Shown here piece after piece: positions 25,101-38,672 of a DNA stretch of 64,000 bases. Source of the stretch: Lama glama (Eukaryota); contig CM052817.1 of the NCBI GenBank assembly GCA_028534125.1, positions 80,292,001 to 80,356,000 on the forward strand, read 5' to 3'. Made by a program: the position numbers and the translations under genes. How positions within the stretch are numbered: the stretch's first letter is position 1; each line of letters begins with the position of its first letter. The notes below the pieces were generated by a model, which ran no database searches, was not told the DNA's origin, and saw only the letters and a list, made by a program, of their open reading frames with translations.

Positions 25101-25479
25101 AAAACTAGATTTAATGGAACATCTTGGCTGAGAAACAGTAAACTCAGATCACAATGACAAAACTGTTATAGAAAAAACTAGTTAGATCCTTTAAACAGAC
25201 TATCTAGCTGTCTACTGATTTGGATAAGTAATATGAGACCAATTTTTTATTTGTTGGTAGTTAACCTACATACAATAATTAACCTTCAGGCTGTCTACTT
25301 GGAAGCTCTATCAGACTTCACCAAGCTGACCATCCGTGGTGTTGTGGATAGAAGATACCAAAGTCTTTGGAGTAACATATTTAGATGATGAAGAGGATTA
25401 GGGTTATTTTTCAGAAGGGTACTAATGTGATTCTTATCAAGCAATATTAAAAAAATAGCCACTGTTCTGTAGTTCTTTG

Positions 25480-25970
25480 TGCTGCTTGTTTTCCTCCCAC
25501 TCCCCAACTCTACTCTTGCCTTTATCAGGGTTGCATGTGTATGTCTGTACAAGGAAAGGAGGGCAGGGTGACCACTATGGCCTGGATAGCCCTGACTTCA
25601 GTTCCACTGGATTTGGCCAGTGAAAAGCATCAACAGGAAATTAGAAGAAGAGAGGAGAAAGAAGTCAGGATATGTCTTTCCACTCCTTCCTGTGTAGCAC
25701 CACAGTTCTAGGATTGGCCGTGTCACTTCATGCCTGTGTTTCCTGTACTTTGAGCAACCACTCCACCTCCCCAGCAGTGTCAGCCTTACTTAGATTTTGA
25801 TAGAACTGTCTCCCCCCTTTACTCCTTCAAGCTCCTAAGCAATAGTGGCTTCCGGTAGTTTCTAGATTTGGGACCCTCAGCATCCCTTGTGGGTACTCTT
25901 AGCGTTTTTACTCTTATGGAGATATTTCTTAAATTGATTTATCTTTAAAATCTCTGCCAGAACCATAGCT
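25480..25970. mobile_element. ERVL LTR relic (LTR33-like)
   Basis: GGATTTGGCCAGTGAAAAGCATCAACAGGAAATTAGAAGAAGAGAGGAGAAAGAAGTCAGGATATGT resembles recalled LTR33. Confidence 0.55.
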
Positions 25971-26949
25971 AATTTACTGATCTTACATACAGTTATTTCA
26001 GCAAATATTTACTGAAGCTATGTAGAATAATTTGTATCTCTTTAGTTTTTTAATGTAATTTAATACTTAGTATGAATTAATTTACATGTAGCAGGTCCTT
26101 TAAATAGTTAAAAGTATTAATAATCCCACTGTATTTAACTCTTACTTAATTGTCCTATCTCAGGTTACAAATATGTATAAGTAAGTACCCTTGGGTATTT
26201 TGATGCTAGATCAGTGATTTAAACTGTCAATATGTTTATTATTAATACCCACAAAGGTCACTGGAGTTCAAAACAGCAGATTAAGCAGTTCAGGAAAAGC
26301 ATGGGACATTAGTAACACACAGTCATTTTAATGCCTTTAATGCTATCAATGGGAAGTTCGTAAGCTTCAGTTTTCTCATCTGTAAAAAGAGAAGAAATCT
26401 GAAACTGATTATAACTGTTCATAATTATAATACATGAGGGAGAATTTAGAAATATGGCATTACCATTAGTCTTACTGAAATTATTTGTTTTGGCTGGATG
26501 TTAGCTGCTTATTTTTTAAGATATATTTTTTAAAACTTATAATAATGTTATGTAGATACAAAAATATACATCAAACACTAGTTTTCTTTTCATCTTTGAA
26601 ATAAATTAAAAGTGAAAAACAATACTCATTCTTTGCTGCTATTTTGGATACTGAAAATATGTGTAATAATTTCATACATTAAACTCAATCTAGAGCTGAA
26701 CCAGTTAAGACGAAGTTGACATACCGAATTTGCCCACTTTTCCATGAAATATTTTTATGCTTTCTTCAGGCCCTGAAGTTATCTTGTAATGCTAATTGAA
26801 ATGATATGGATGGATAATATGGGTCAATACTTTTATTTTTTTAATGTTAAAATTGTTGAATAAGTTGTGGATGTTTTAATAATTTCTAGACTTTAATTGT
26901 AGATAAAGTCTGAACAGAATGTTTGAGCTAAGGAAAGTGCTAGATATAG

Positions 26950-27362
26950 TGATCCAGTCCTCCTCCTTTTACAGATGAGAAAAATGAAGCTCCAGAAATA
27001 AAGTGAGCATAGCTTCACCAAGGTCACGTAGAGGATAAGAACAGACCCACAGAACAGACACTCCAGTCTGTCTATGCCATTTTAAAATAATTCTTGGTAC
27101 AACTTCATTAGAGCGGTTCTACAGTGATCACTATTCTAGGGTTGAGGAAACTGATAATATGAAAAAAATAAGAAAATCACCTTATCAATCAATTAGACGT
27201 TTTAACTTTTAAGTTCTTTTTTTAATTGAGATACAATTGACATACAGTGTTGTATTTTAGGTGTACAACATAATGATTTGATATTTGTGTATATTGTGAA
27301 ATGATCACCCAGTCTGTCTATTTGGAAAGCCTATGTTTTTCCCACTACATCACAGTGCTTCC
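26950..27362 (-). mobile_element. MIR split by a 233-bp insertion (27076-27308)
   Basis: TTTTACAGATGAGAAAAATGAAGCTC...CAAGGTCAC...CCAGTCTGTCT on the left resumes as CCAGTCTGTCT...AAAGCCTATGTTTTTCCCACTAC on the right. Confidence 0.7.
27216..27308 (-). mobile_element. Short LINE-1 3' terminus (L1MA-type)
   Basis: TTTTTTTAATTGAGATACAATTGACATAC...TTAGGTGTACAACATAATGATTTGATATTTGTGTATATTGTGAAATGATCACC. Confidence 0.8.
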
Positions 27363-27893
27363 CACCTTTTAACTTCCCATCCAACTGTTCTTCCTAAAGT
27401 GCTCCTTCCACATTCCAGATATTACAAGTTTTCCTACCCTCCCTCAACACCCGCCAAAGAAAAGTTCCTAATCCACATTCTCTCTCTGCCTTCCAGGGAT
27501 ATTTATTGCCTGAATGAATCTCTAAGTAGCATGTTCAAATAGTGTAGCAAGATGAAAGGAGTGTTCTAATGTCAGAGGAGCTCTTTGGGGACCAACGGGG
27601 CTACTAATGTGGAGGCTATTCTGTCTGAATCTGCCCTCGTGCCAGTCTTGTTTCTCATTATCGCTTGTTCTTTAGTTCACTCCTGAACTTCATGAGGTCT
27701 CTGAAAACTCTGGGTGTTTTCTTTTCTTTCTTTCTTTCTTTCCTTTTCTTTTTTTAAACTGTATGATCTCCTAGTAAGGGCAAGAATAAAGGAGAAGGGC
27801 TCTTCCAAAAAATAGAGATTATTGTTAATGTGGTAATTAAGTGTATATCAGACATTTAGGACCCTGAATTTCATGTTCCAAGATCGCAAAAGA

Positions 27894-27921
<28 letters not shown>
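27894..27921. repeat. (AT)n microsatellite
   Basis: Uninterrupted AT run of about 14 units. Confidence 0.95.
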
Positions 27922-27924
<3 letters not shown>

Positions 27925-30900
27925 GCACAATGTCATGAGATTTGACTATGACAAGTTTTTCTTGGACATTTCTAGAAGGCAGACTACATTTTTTTCTCAA
28001 TATCAGATATCTCCATATTATACTTTGGAAAACATACGCAGATAAAAGTGATTGTGGGGCAGAAATTAGTGCAGCCTTTCTAGAAGGTAGTTAATATATA
28101 ACAAAAAAGCTTCGAGTACTTCACCTTCTGTCCTACTAGGAATTTATCCTAGATTATAATAAACAGTTCAAGATGTTGGTTTAAAATGTTTATTCCAAGA
28201 CTTTTATAGGTTGAATCTCTAAAATAAGACTAATAGTACCTACTTATCTTACAGAGTTGCTTTGGGGATTAAATATTCATATGTGTTACATGTACATAAC
28301 AGAATAATAAGCAACCATTAAATTGGTGGTATATATTATATGTGTTCACACTAAAAGAAATCCATGGACTGTAATTACTGGAAAATAAAGAGTAGGTTAT
28401 GAAACACATATAAATAACACAACTTTTATATGAAACAATATACATTACAATGGTTTTGAGAATTGTTCCCCAAAACGTTAATAGAGCCATCATTTTGGTA
28501 ATTTTTACTTTGTAATTAATGTAAATCAGTATTACGTCAAAATTGTTTACGATACTATGAGTCATTTTTATATCACAGAAAGCAATGAAGTTATTTTTAT
28601 TTTAAAAATAAACTGAACGTGTATGATGTGTCTGTTTACTAACAATATGGGTTTTAATTTGTTCTAAACTTCCTCCTGTGTAAAGGGAGTGTGATGATAA
28701 ACTTTCAGCATAAATGTCAGTTATAATCCCCATCCCATCTTCCCATTTGTGAGTCCTGAGCCACTCTTGGCTCCGTAATAACCAAGGTGAATGAATGCCT
28801 TCTGAAAGGGTGGGGTCAGATTTCTCATAGGCAATTTTCTTAGCACATCACAAGTAATGCTGTCAGCGAAGTGGTTGGGGGTGGAGGGGGAGACCATGAT
28901 GTTGCCAGAACCCAGGAGAGAAGTCAGCCTGATGATCCAGAGGAGTATTGGCAAAGTCGAGACATGTGGCAGTTTTAAGACTGTCTTTAGTTTTAAACTA
29001 AACTCATCGTTTAGAACTCAGTCATGTTTTAAACATTATCTTGGTGAATTTCAGGAAAGGGAGACCATCTCTTTTTATTCATTTGGACTCAGCACTTCTA
29101 TTTTTAGATATATAGCGACGAGAAATTCTCTTGGTTAAAAATAATTTTAAGGAAAAACTTTAGACAGTTAGTTGAAGTGAATGGTAATCTGGAGGATGTA
29201 GTGAGTGACAGTGTGTCACACTCCTCCCACCCATGCCAGAACATTTACCTGGGGACATAAGCACTTTTCCCTGGCTGTTCTTAGAAATAATCACATTTGT
29301 TTAAGAGTGCTGTGTGGTCAGATCTGAGGGGTTTAAAAATCAGTGAGGCAGGGTGTCCTGTGGTGCAGCGTATGGCTCTTCAGCACTCACAGGTTGTTTT
29401 CTTTCTTTACTACCCCATTTAGTTAATACTAGACAATAAAGTCATTTCAGAATTGTTCACTGAGAAGGAAGTGGCTTAACTACTCACAGCTGGGGCTGCA
29501 TAGGTCCTCAACAGCTCCCTGGAATTTAGGATCACATCTGAGTTGATATTATCAGACAACCCCTGCCTGCCCAAGATAATAAAATTTGAAGTCCTGTGTG
29601 TTAGGAGGACTGAAACGTGTGCAGGTAGTTGAGGAAGTTTGTTCAAAGTATTTCCTCTTCAAAAAAGCAGGAGCAGCAGGAGTGCAAGACCAGGATAGTA
29701 TATTGGGAGTTTTAGTTTAAGATTTCCTTTACGATTTCATCCCCTGAGAATGTCAGTTCTCTTTAGCAACTTAGTTGTCAAGTACAATAATGAATCTTAC
29801 AGAAAATATGAAACTGGAGAAATGAAGAACTTCATTTGCTATTTGTACTGGATTGTGTGCGGTTGTAATAAAAGTAGGCACCTGATACAAGATAAAAGAG
29901 AATTCTGTTTAATTGAGCTGAAGTGAATCCCATCTACGTACATACTCCGAAGTTTTGAGAAGCTTTTGTTATGGTTATTCTGTGTAGAAAAAGTATACAG
30001 ATTTTGCCTTTAAGAACAAAATTTTCAAATCTATGAAGTTTCATCTTGAATTGAAACTGTTTACCTGTCTGTCATCTCCATTCTGTACATTTCTTCAAGG
30101 CAAGGGTGATACTGCTTATCTTTGATAATCCAGTACCAAGCTCGTAAATATTTATTTGGTTGGCTAATTAATTAAATTTGCCTTTTAATGCAAATAATTT
30201 GCCTAACAACAGTTTCTCACACACACATATACATGAGCCCATCTTCTGTTTTCTTCTGCTTCCAACTTCAGGAGTTCGGGAACGGGAATAGTTTTTACTA
30301 CAGCAGTTTACAAAGTTTTAGCATGAAGGGATGAAATTACACTAAATTGAGTGGGAAGTGGAAGGAACAGTAATATTAGGAGCAGTTTTGTATTTCAGTA
30401 TTTATATACTGGAGGACAGGATATAGTCAGCCATGGCCTTCACTTACATCAAAATCTGTGACAAAAATGAATTAACCACCATTTCCCATATTGTCACTTA
30501 GTGTGACAAGTCAATGCAAAACGTGGGACAATTTGCATAATTCATTTTTGTACTTTAATTCTTGTGGATATCATATATGTAAATATAAATAGAAAATATA
30601 ATAAATAGAAAAACACATGATATCTATTTCAGGCAATTAAAATATAATTTTACTTGTATGTGTGGTGTATGTGTATATTTATAGATACATACATACATAA
30701 TATTTCTAAAAATATTACCTAACACAGACACCTTAGCTTTGTTTCTTAAAATGAATATAAAACTCTAATAAAGAGACTTTTTAAAAATATCTCTGAACTA
30801 TTTAACTTGAATGAGTTGAAATCTTGAATCTCTAATAGAAGTCTATGACAGGATTTTGGGACCCAGTGTCATAGAAACAGTACAATTCCATTACATATTT

Positions 30901-31316
30901 CTCTTAGCAAGCAAAATCTAAATAGTTTACAGGATTACTTTACTTTCTAACAATTAGCACCTCTAATAGAAATTTAAACAAGTTAAAACTGAGTTCAACA
31001 TATAACTGAACAACAAATTAAAATTTTACTTGGAACATACCTCTGTTGTCACAGGTATTTCTAGTAGTTTTTGCAGTGATTCTTTTGTTATTAATGAGCT
31101 GAATGTTTTTCAGCTAAGAACAGTTAATTTTTAAATGAACTTACTCAATTTTTAGTTTATCAGTTAAGATAAACAGAAATTGGAAAAGGACAGTGCTCTC
31201 ATGTGAAGAAGTTGATGAGACTGGTTAATGCTTTCATAAGGGTAATCTATTTAGTGCCCTAATAATTTAGTTTGTATTTGGGAGTAGTTTCTTCACTGAA
31301 GGTCTCCACAAGCCCT

Positions 31317-31625
31317 AGAACTGCCTGTCCAATTTGGTAGCCACTGGCCACATGGAGCTATTGAGCACTTGAAATAGGCTTGTCCAAACCAAGCTGTGCT
31401 TCAAGTGTCAGATACACTCCAGATTTCAAAGCCTTTATATCAAAAAAAGTAAGCTATTTCTTTGGTAAGTTTTACATTGACATTTAAATGACAACACTTT
31501 GGATGTGTTACATTAAATAAAATATATTATTAAAAGTAATTTTACCTTTAAAAAATTTTTCTAAGCATAGCTACTAGAAAATTTGACATTATATGGCTCA
31601 CTCTATGTGTATGCTGGACAGCTCT
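31317..31625 (+). mobile_element. MER33 (hAT-Charlie)
   Basis: CTGTCCAATTTGGTAGCCACTGGCCACATGGAGCTATTGAGCACTTGAAAT...TAAATAAAATATATTATTAAAA...CTGGACAGC. Confidence 0.8.
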
Positions 31626-33169
31626 GGCCTGGAATTTTACCTCTTTCACTGTCAGAGTTTAAATGGATGACGATCTGTGATGCTGCAGGTATAATCAGTG
31701 TGGATATCCCGTGTTTTAGAGCTAAAGGTTGCTGGGTCAGATGTGGAACCCAGCTTTTACTTACTTTTTATTGACCTCTATTGTGTCCTGCTTTTTGTGG
31801 GAAATATAATTTTTCCTGAGCTAATAAAATAACAGTTTTTCTTCACTTCTCTAGATCTGGTAAAATAAGTTGGAACATTATGTCAGGAATGGCTCTTTCG
31901 AACATATAACACTTTCTTGTGTGTCTGTTATTTTAAATTTTGAATTCTCCATTAACTCTGGGATGGGTTTAGCACATGTTTCTCCTTGCTCTAAAAGGTG
32001 TCATTTTCAGGAAACAAAAGTTCTTAAGTACTAATATTCTGGTATGAAGTTGCTGTGTATTTTATAATGTTATTGGTATAACAGCCATGCATGGTTTTAA
32101 TCTTTGAGAGTATTATTTTTATAGTTCTGTCAAGGGACTTTCCTCATAATCGCAGCTGAATGTTGTTGCTGTGACTAAGGTTAGGGATCCATACTGAGCA
32201 AAACGAGCCCCCAGATTTTAGAGCTGTTTAAACTACTTTTTACAGCCTCCTTGTAGATTATTTAACGTTGCTTTTTGTACGCAGATTGCTGGGGAGAGGA
32301 TTTATAAGAAAGAAGAATTCTCAGTGAGGATTTCCAGTTGATTCTTTCATGACAGGGCCATGGGGTGGGGAGATGGGTGGAGAGAGAGTGTAAGACCAGA
32401 TAGGTCCGGGAACTGAGGAGATTTGAGCCAAGAGAGTACGCTGCTTCAAACTAAAGGCCAAGTGGATCCACGATTTTGTTACTGTTCATGTTGTACTCCA
32501 AGTTATTTCCTTCCAAAGTTCTTGAAGTTTCTAGTCAAGCTTCAATTAATATCCAAAACTGATCATTATTTGCTGCCTAGATTGATAAAAGGATGACTAG
32601 AAGTAATATCCTTTTGGCAGAGATGAGGCAGAAGTTTGATTAGGGGGTCAGGGAATCATTAAAGGCCCTAAAGCATTTTGTGAAACTGTTAGTTCTTTGT
32701 CTGAGCGTCTCAGCCAACATTCTTTCAGTAAACTAAATCTTATCATGAGAATATGAACAGTCAGCCCAGATATTCTATTTGGATCAGTATCCAGATTTGT
32801 AATGGCAATTCCACTTGCGTACAGTGATCATACTTTCTTCTATTTACTTTTGAGCTCTTTTCAGTTTCCTGATATTAATTAAAATAGTCAGGTGCTTAAT
32901 CTTCTATTTCAGAACCTCCTTCTCAAGAAATCTAAACATTTCATTGAAGCTCGTTGAAGGTATTTAATCTGTGATTACCCACATATTTTTCCCCCCTAAT
33001 TTCAGTTTCTTCTGGATAGCATCATTTTATGTATTTCTAGTCTATTTACATTCCCACTCTGCTGGGCTACAACCTCATATCTTCTCTCTCTTCAGACTTT
33101 CAGTACCATCTTTATTCTGTCTCAATTGATATCTTTTTGAAAACTGAATAATTAGGAGGAAAATCATTC

Positions 33170-33725
33170 AGTAAAAATAGACCAAAGCTAATAGGGCTGA
33201 TAGAACTAGCAAACTTTAAAATGGCCATTATAAATGTGTTTAAGAATTTTAAGGAAAGCATCATTTAGAAGAGATGATTGGAGGCTATTAAATAAATTAA
33301 GTGAAAATTCTACAGCTGGAAGATAGAGTATCTAAAGTAAAAATTCACTGATTGAACTTATCAATAGATTAGATATGACATAGCAATAAAACTGTCCAAA
33401 CTGAAGCATAGTTTAAAAAAAAAAAGGTGGGGTCGGGAGCATGGAAAGAATAGACCTTCAGTAACCTGTGGGATGATATCATGTAACAGAGTACTTAAAA
33501 AGAAATGAGAGGGGTTGGAGCAGAAATTTTTAAACCCCAAGTAGGATATATATAAAGAAAATTACACAAGGCACAGCATGATTAAATTGTGTAAACTAAT
33601 GATAAAAGAGTCTTAAAAGCAGCTGGAGAAAAAAGAGATATTACATAACAGATTAACAAGGTAATAATCCTGCTGATAATTTATAGACACTGTGCAAAGC
33701 GGAACACAATGGAATGACAAAGTAC
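33170..33725 (+). mobile_element. Ancient LINE-1 ORF1-region fragment
   Basis: A-rich degenerate ORF1-like motifs (aattcactgattgaacttatcaatagattaga, cagtaacctgtgggatgatatc, tcttaaaagcagctggagaaaa). Confidence 0.6.
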
Positions 33726-33779
33726 TGAACAAATGAATACACAAAGCCAAATATTTCTGAATAAGGATAACTTTCATTT

Positions 33780-34015
33780 TTTAGTACATATTATATACCA
33801 GAAACTGTGTTAGGTTTAATATACATTATCTCATGTAGTCCTCAGAACAACCCTGAGGGGTAGTAAAGTTACCACATTTTAGAAATGCAGAAGTTGAGGC
33901 TCAGAGAATCCAAATGACTTGTCTAATAAATGTTACACACTTAGCAAATGAAAACTTAAGGATTTGAAACCAGGTATGATTGACTTAAAACTACTTCTTT
34001 CACTATAAACCATAT
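33780..34015 (-). mobile_element. MIR
   Basis: ATTATCTCATGTAGTCCTCAGAACAACCCTGAG...ATTTTAGAAATGCAGAAGTTGAGGCTCAGAGA...GGATTTGAAACCAGG. Confidence 0.75.
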
Positions 34016-34217
34016 GAAATAGAACATTTATATAACCTGATTTACTAGGTAAGATGATTGGAGGCTATTTGTCGTGCTTTTGTATGTTTGAAAATTGCAG
34101 TCGGTTATTGAGCACTTAAGATATTCCTGGCTGGCTGAGGAAAAGCACATCAGTGTTACTAGGGTGGAAAAGGTGGACTGGATCCAGATGGCACTGGCTT
34201 TAGAAGTAGAGAATGTG

Positions 34218-34248
34218 GTGTGTGTGTGTTTGTGTGTGTGTGTATGTG
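34218..34248. repeat. Imperfect (TG)n microsatellite
   Basis: Direct reading. Confidence 0.9.
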
Positions 34249-34369
34249 TTTTAGAAAAAGTTCTAAATAAATCCCAACTCTCATACTCTGTCCATACCAT
34301 GTGTAATTAAAGTTGGAGAATGTTTAAAAAAAAAAAAAAACCTCTAATATCCTGGCTGGATATTAGAAT

Positions 34370-35790
34370 GGAATAGTAAACAATACAAATATGGTTCCTC
34401 ATTCTCATGGAGCTTATAGTCTAGTAAGAAGAGAAATGTGGTAATTCTAGCTACCTCTCAGGGTTGTTCTAAGGATTAAGTGAAACAATGTGTATTACAA
34501 GAATCAGCACAGTTTGGGTATCTGACATTTCTAATAAATACTTCTATTATTTCTATTAAATAATTTTAAATATTTAAGAAACTAATGATAGGTATTCAAA
34601 TGCTTTGAATAAATACCAAATACTATGAAAGCATGTAGGAAAGGTACTCTAACTTAGTCTGTAAGATTACACAGAGCTTCCCTGAGTTACTGATCTTTAA
34701 ACTGAATCTAAAGAATGAATAAACTTTTAGCCAGAAAAAGAGAGAATGAGGTACAGAAGATCATTCTTTTCAAAGGGCTCAGCTTTTGAAAAGACACAGA
34801 GGTTGGAGAGAGCATTGTAGGTCCTTTATTCTAAGGACAGTGGGAAACAATGGAAGGTATTAAGGATGTGTTTGAAGGGTAGCTGGCAATCAACACATTT
34901 GCATTAAAAAATCATTTCATCACTCCAGCACTCTGTATGAACAGTCCTTGAGGGATGTGACAAAAGTAGACACAAGGATAACCATAAGAAATTGGTTCAA
35001 GCCGTGGGAATGGAGTAAAGTTGGAATCCACAGAATCTGGCAGTTTTGAAAGTGGGAAATGAATAAGAAGATACACAGTTCCTAGGTTTCTGGGTTGGTG
35101 GAAAGGCCATTTACTGAGAATGGGAATCAAGGAAAAGAAAATTGTGAATTATGTTGGGTATGTTTATATGGATATACCTGTGTGACATCCAAGATCGAGA
35201 CGTCAAATAGAAAGTTTGACACATGGGTCTGGAGCTCAGAGGAGAAATGTGGGATGTGGGGAATCATTTCTTGTAGATGATAATTGAAGTCAAAGGAATG
35301 AATGGGAAAGAAGAGAAGGAAGAGAAGAAGTTTAAGTGTACGCTCTGAGGAACTTCAATCTTTAAGTTTAGGTAGAGAGAGAGGAAGCAGCCAGCAAGCG
35401 TGGCTGAGTAGGAACATTCAATGAGATGAGTATAATGTAGAGTGTTAGAAGCCAAAAGAGAAGTGTTTAAGAACAGAGGATAATTGAGCTTTTAAAACCC
35501 TGCTGGAAATTTAGGCAAGATACAGGCAGAAAAAAAAATTTTTTTTAATTTAACTATCTAAAAATCATTGATGATCTTAAGAGTTATTTTAGTGGTGTGA
35601 TGAGAACAGAGTGAAGTCAACTGAGAAAAGAGTAACAGGTGAGTGACTAGAGACAGCTAGAGCTTAAACAACCCTTAAGCTGTGTATGGGGAAGAGTTTG
35701 GACAGTAGCTAAAACAAGATGACGTGTTGAACAAGGGTTTTTAGTAGGTAAAAGATATCTGAGTATGTTTAAGTTGTGATGGAAAAAAAG
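34370..35790 (-). mobile_element. L2 fragment(s) with a nested MIR piece (about 34440-34555)
   Basis: ctcatggagcttatagtctagt; gtgacatccaag; gggtctggagctcagaggaga; purine-rich antisense L2 signature. Confidence 0.7.
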
Positions 35791-36792
35791 CAAATAGAGT
35801 AGAACTTGAAGTAGAATTATCCCCTGGCGGGGATAATTGCAGTGCTGTGTTCCACCGGGGTAGGATGGGGTGGGGTTTGGAGGGAGTGCTGCTGGATCAG
35901 GAGACTAGCTGGTCTGCTATAGACTCAGATAAGTATGTAAAAACTTACCATCTAGTCTAAATGTCAGTTCTTACCATCACACTGAAACCAGGTGAGCACT
36001 ATTCCCAAAGAAAATCTTCCTCGTTACAACAAAAAAACAAAATTAACAGAAAAAAAGCAAATGAAGATACTGAACTGACCTCAAGAAGCAATATCAAGTA
36101 ATGAAAAACAGAATTTGTTCATTATTTAAATCATTAAAGCAGGATTGTCTGTTTGAAAACTTTTATATCCACAGTCCTACTAATTTTAATGCCTGAGATA
36201 GTGTTAATCTATGACCTGCGTGGAAGATTTTTTTAAATGTTTTGTTAGAGAATGTGGTGGACTTGTAACTGCAGCTTTCAAACTCTTCTTTAAAAGTTTG
36301 TAATATTTTCCTAGAATTCCATTTTTTCCCTTTTTTTCATACAAAGAAATCACTGCCCTCCCCTACCTTCGGAGTAAGTTTTGAGATGATGCAGCCACAT
36401 CTGGCAGAGCTGTGCTAACTGCTGTCATCTAGCTATTCCGGTAGTAATATTTTCTTTCCCTTTCCTTTTTTTTTCCTATTCTCCCAAATCTTGAAAAAAA
36501 ATGTTGAGAGAAAAAAACAAATTGTCTCTCTTTCATATTGATATTTAAGATGAAGTAAAAGTAGTTACAAAAACATCTATCAACATAAGACTAACTTGCC
36601 AAGCTAAGTATTTGGGTTGGAAATCATTCCTTCCCAACTGCTTAAAAACAGGAAGTATCTCTGTTAAATGATAGATGGCTCCCTGATGCTGGAAAGGAAG
36701 GTCTCTTTAATTTCTCTACATTTTGAGCAATAAAATGAGTTCTGCAATTTCATACATAGAAGCCAAATACATGCACATCAACACACATTGTA

Positions 36793-37995
36793 CAGGCATA
36801 CCTCATTTTATTATACTTTGCTTTTTTTGTGCTTTGCAGATACAGTATTTTTCACAAATTGAAGGTTTGTGACAACTCTGCAAATCTGTCAGCACCATTT
36901 TCCCAACCGCATTTGCTCACTTGATGTTTCTCTGTTACATTTTGGTAATTCTCCTAATATTTTTAACTTTTTCATTATTATACTTGTTATAATATAGCGT
37001 TATATATATCACTGTGGTCAGTGATTTTTGATGTTACACTTATAACTGTTCTGGGGCACCACGAACTACACCCATATAAGACAACGAACTTAATGGATAA
37101 ACGTTGTGTACGTTCTGACTTCTGGCCTTTCCCCTATCTCTTTCCTTCTCTTCAGACTTTCCTATTGCCTGGGATACAATATTGAAATTGCGCCAGTTAA
37201 TAACCATACAGTGGCCTCTAAGTGTTCCAGTGAAAGGAAGAATCAATCAATGTGGCAAACTTTGTCTTATTTTAAGAAATTGCCACAGCCACCCCAGCCT
37301 TCAGCAACCACCCTGTTCAGTCAGCAGTCATCAGCATCAAGGCAAAACCCTCCACCAGCAAATTGATTATGACTTGCTGAAGGCTCATATGATGGTTAGC
37401 CTTTTTTAGCAATAAAGTATTTTTAAATGAAAGTATGCACATTGCTTTTCTTTTTTCACTTACAATGATTTTTTAAATATAAATTTTTCTGAAGTATTGT
37501 CACTTTACAGTGTTGTGTCAGTTTCTGGTATACAGCACAATACTTCAGTCATATAGGAATATACATATATTTGCTTTCATACTCTCTTTCACCATAAGTT
37601 GCTATAAGATATTGAATATAGTTTACTGTGCTATACAGTATAAGTTTGTTGTTTATCTATTTTTTTATGTATTAGTATCTGTAAATCTCTAACTCCCAAT
37701 TTATCCCTTCCCACCCCTCTCCCCCTCTGGTAACCATAAGTTTGTTTTCTGTGTCTGTGAGTCTGTTTCTGTTTTGTAAATAAGTTCGTTTGGCTTTTTT
37801 TTTTTTAGATTCCACATGTGATATCACATGGTATTTTTAGACATAATACTATTATACACTTAAGAGACTACAGTAGAGTGTAGACATTTTGTATGTGCTA
37901 GGCAACCTAAAAGTTTGTGTGACTTGCTTTATTGCAATATTCACTTCATTGCAATGGTTTGGAACCAAACATGCACTGTCTCCAAGATATGCATG
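36793..37995 (+). mobile_element. Internally deleted Tigger1 (TcMar) with TA TSDs, interrupted by an L1
   Basis: TA|CAGGCATACCTC 5' TIR; ...TCTCCAAGATATGCATG|TA 3' TIR; transposase region absent, junction near 37232-37250. Confidence 0.9.
37450..37835 (-). mobile_element. 5'-truncated LINE-1 3' UTR inserted in Tigger1
   Basis: Shares ggtaaccataagtttgtt...gtctgtgagtctgtttctgttttgtaaataagttc with 9166-9530. Confidence 0.88.
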
Positions 37996-38411
37996 TATGT
38001 GTAAATATATAAACTACTTTCAAAGGCTTTAAACATTAAATTTCTTTTCATAAGCCAGCCCAGGCACATCTTATCCATCAATTCAGGCAGAGCTCTTGGA
38101 TCTGTCAGAAGCAGCCTATAGGTTTGCACTGGGTGATTAATTGCCAGGAGAATCTGGTTCTATATTTCATTACATAGAATTGTTATCTTTTCTAAAGGTG
38201 TCCTTTTACTAAGCTCCTACCTTAAACAGGGGAAAATACACACACATAACTTACATTCCTATTGCTTAGCACTTCTTACAAAAGAAAGAGGAAAATTTTA
38301 GCCTAATCCAGTAACAGAGGCCCATTTGTCTTGGTTTACAGACAGTTTTTCCCCCCAGTTGTATCTAAACCTTAATAATAATTTTAATTGCCTAGAAATT
38401 TGTCTTGGGAT

Positions 38412-38672
38412 AGCAGTATGGAATAATAGAATATAGTTTAGTTACTGTGATCTGAGGGTGTAGAATTAAACCTTAGTTCAAATTCCATCTTTACTGCTTA
38501 ATGTTCCTCTGACCTTTGGCGATTACTTAACCTCTTCCAGCCACCATTTTCTGTCTTATAAATTGAGTATAAGACTATCTCCTCCTGAGTGTTATTGTGA
38601 GGATTAGGTGAATTGCTGTAGCAAAGCACTTATCACAGTTCTGAATATATAGTAGGAGCTCAATAATATTAT
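38412..38672 (+). mobile_element. MIR, near full length
   Basis: GTTCAAATTCCATCTTTACTGCTTA...TGACCTTTGGCGATTACTTAACCTC...GTGAGGATTAGGTGA...TAGTAGGAGCTCAATAA. Confidence 0.8.
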
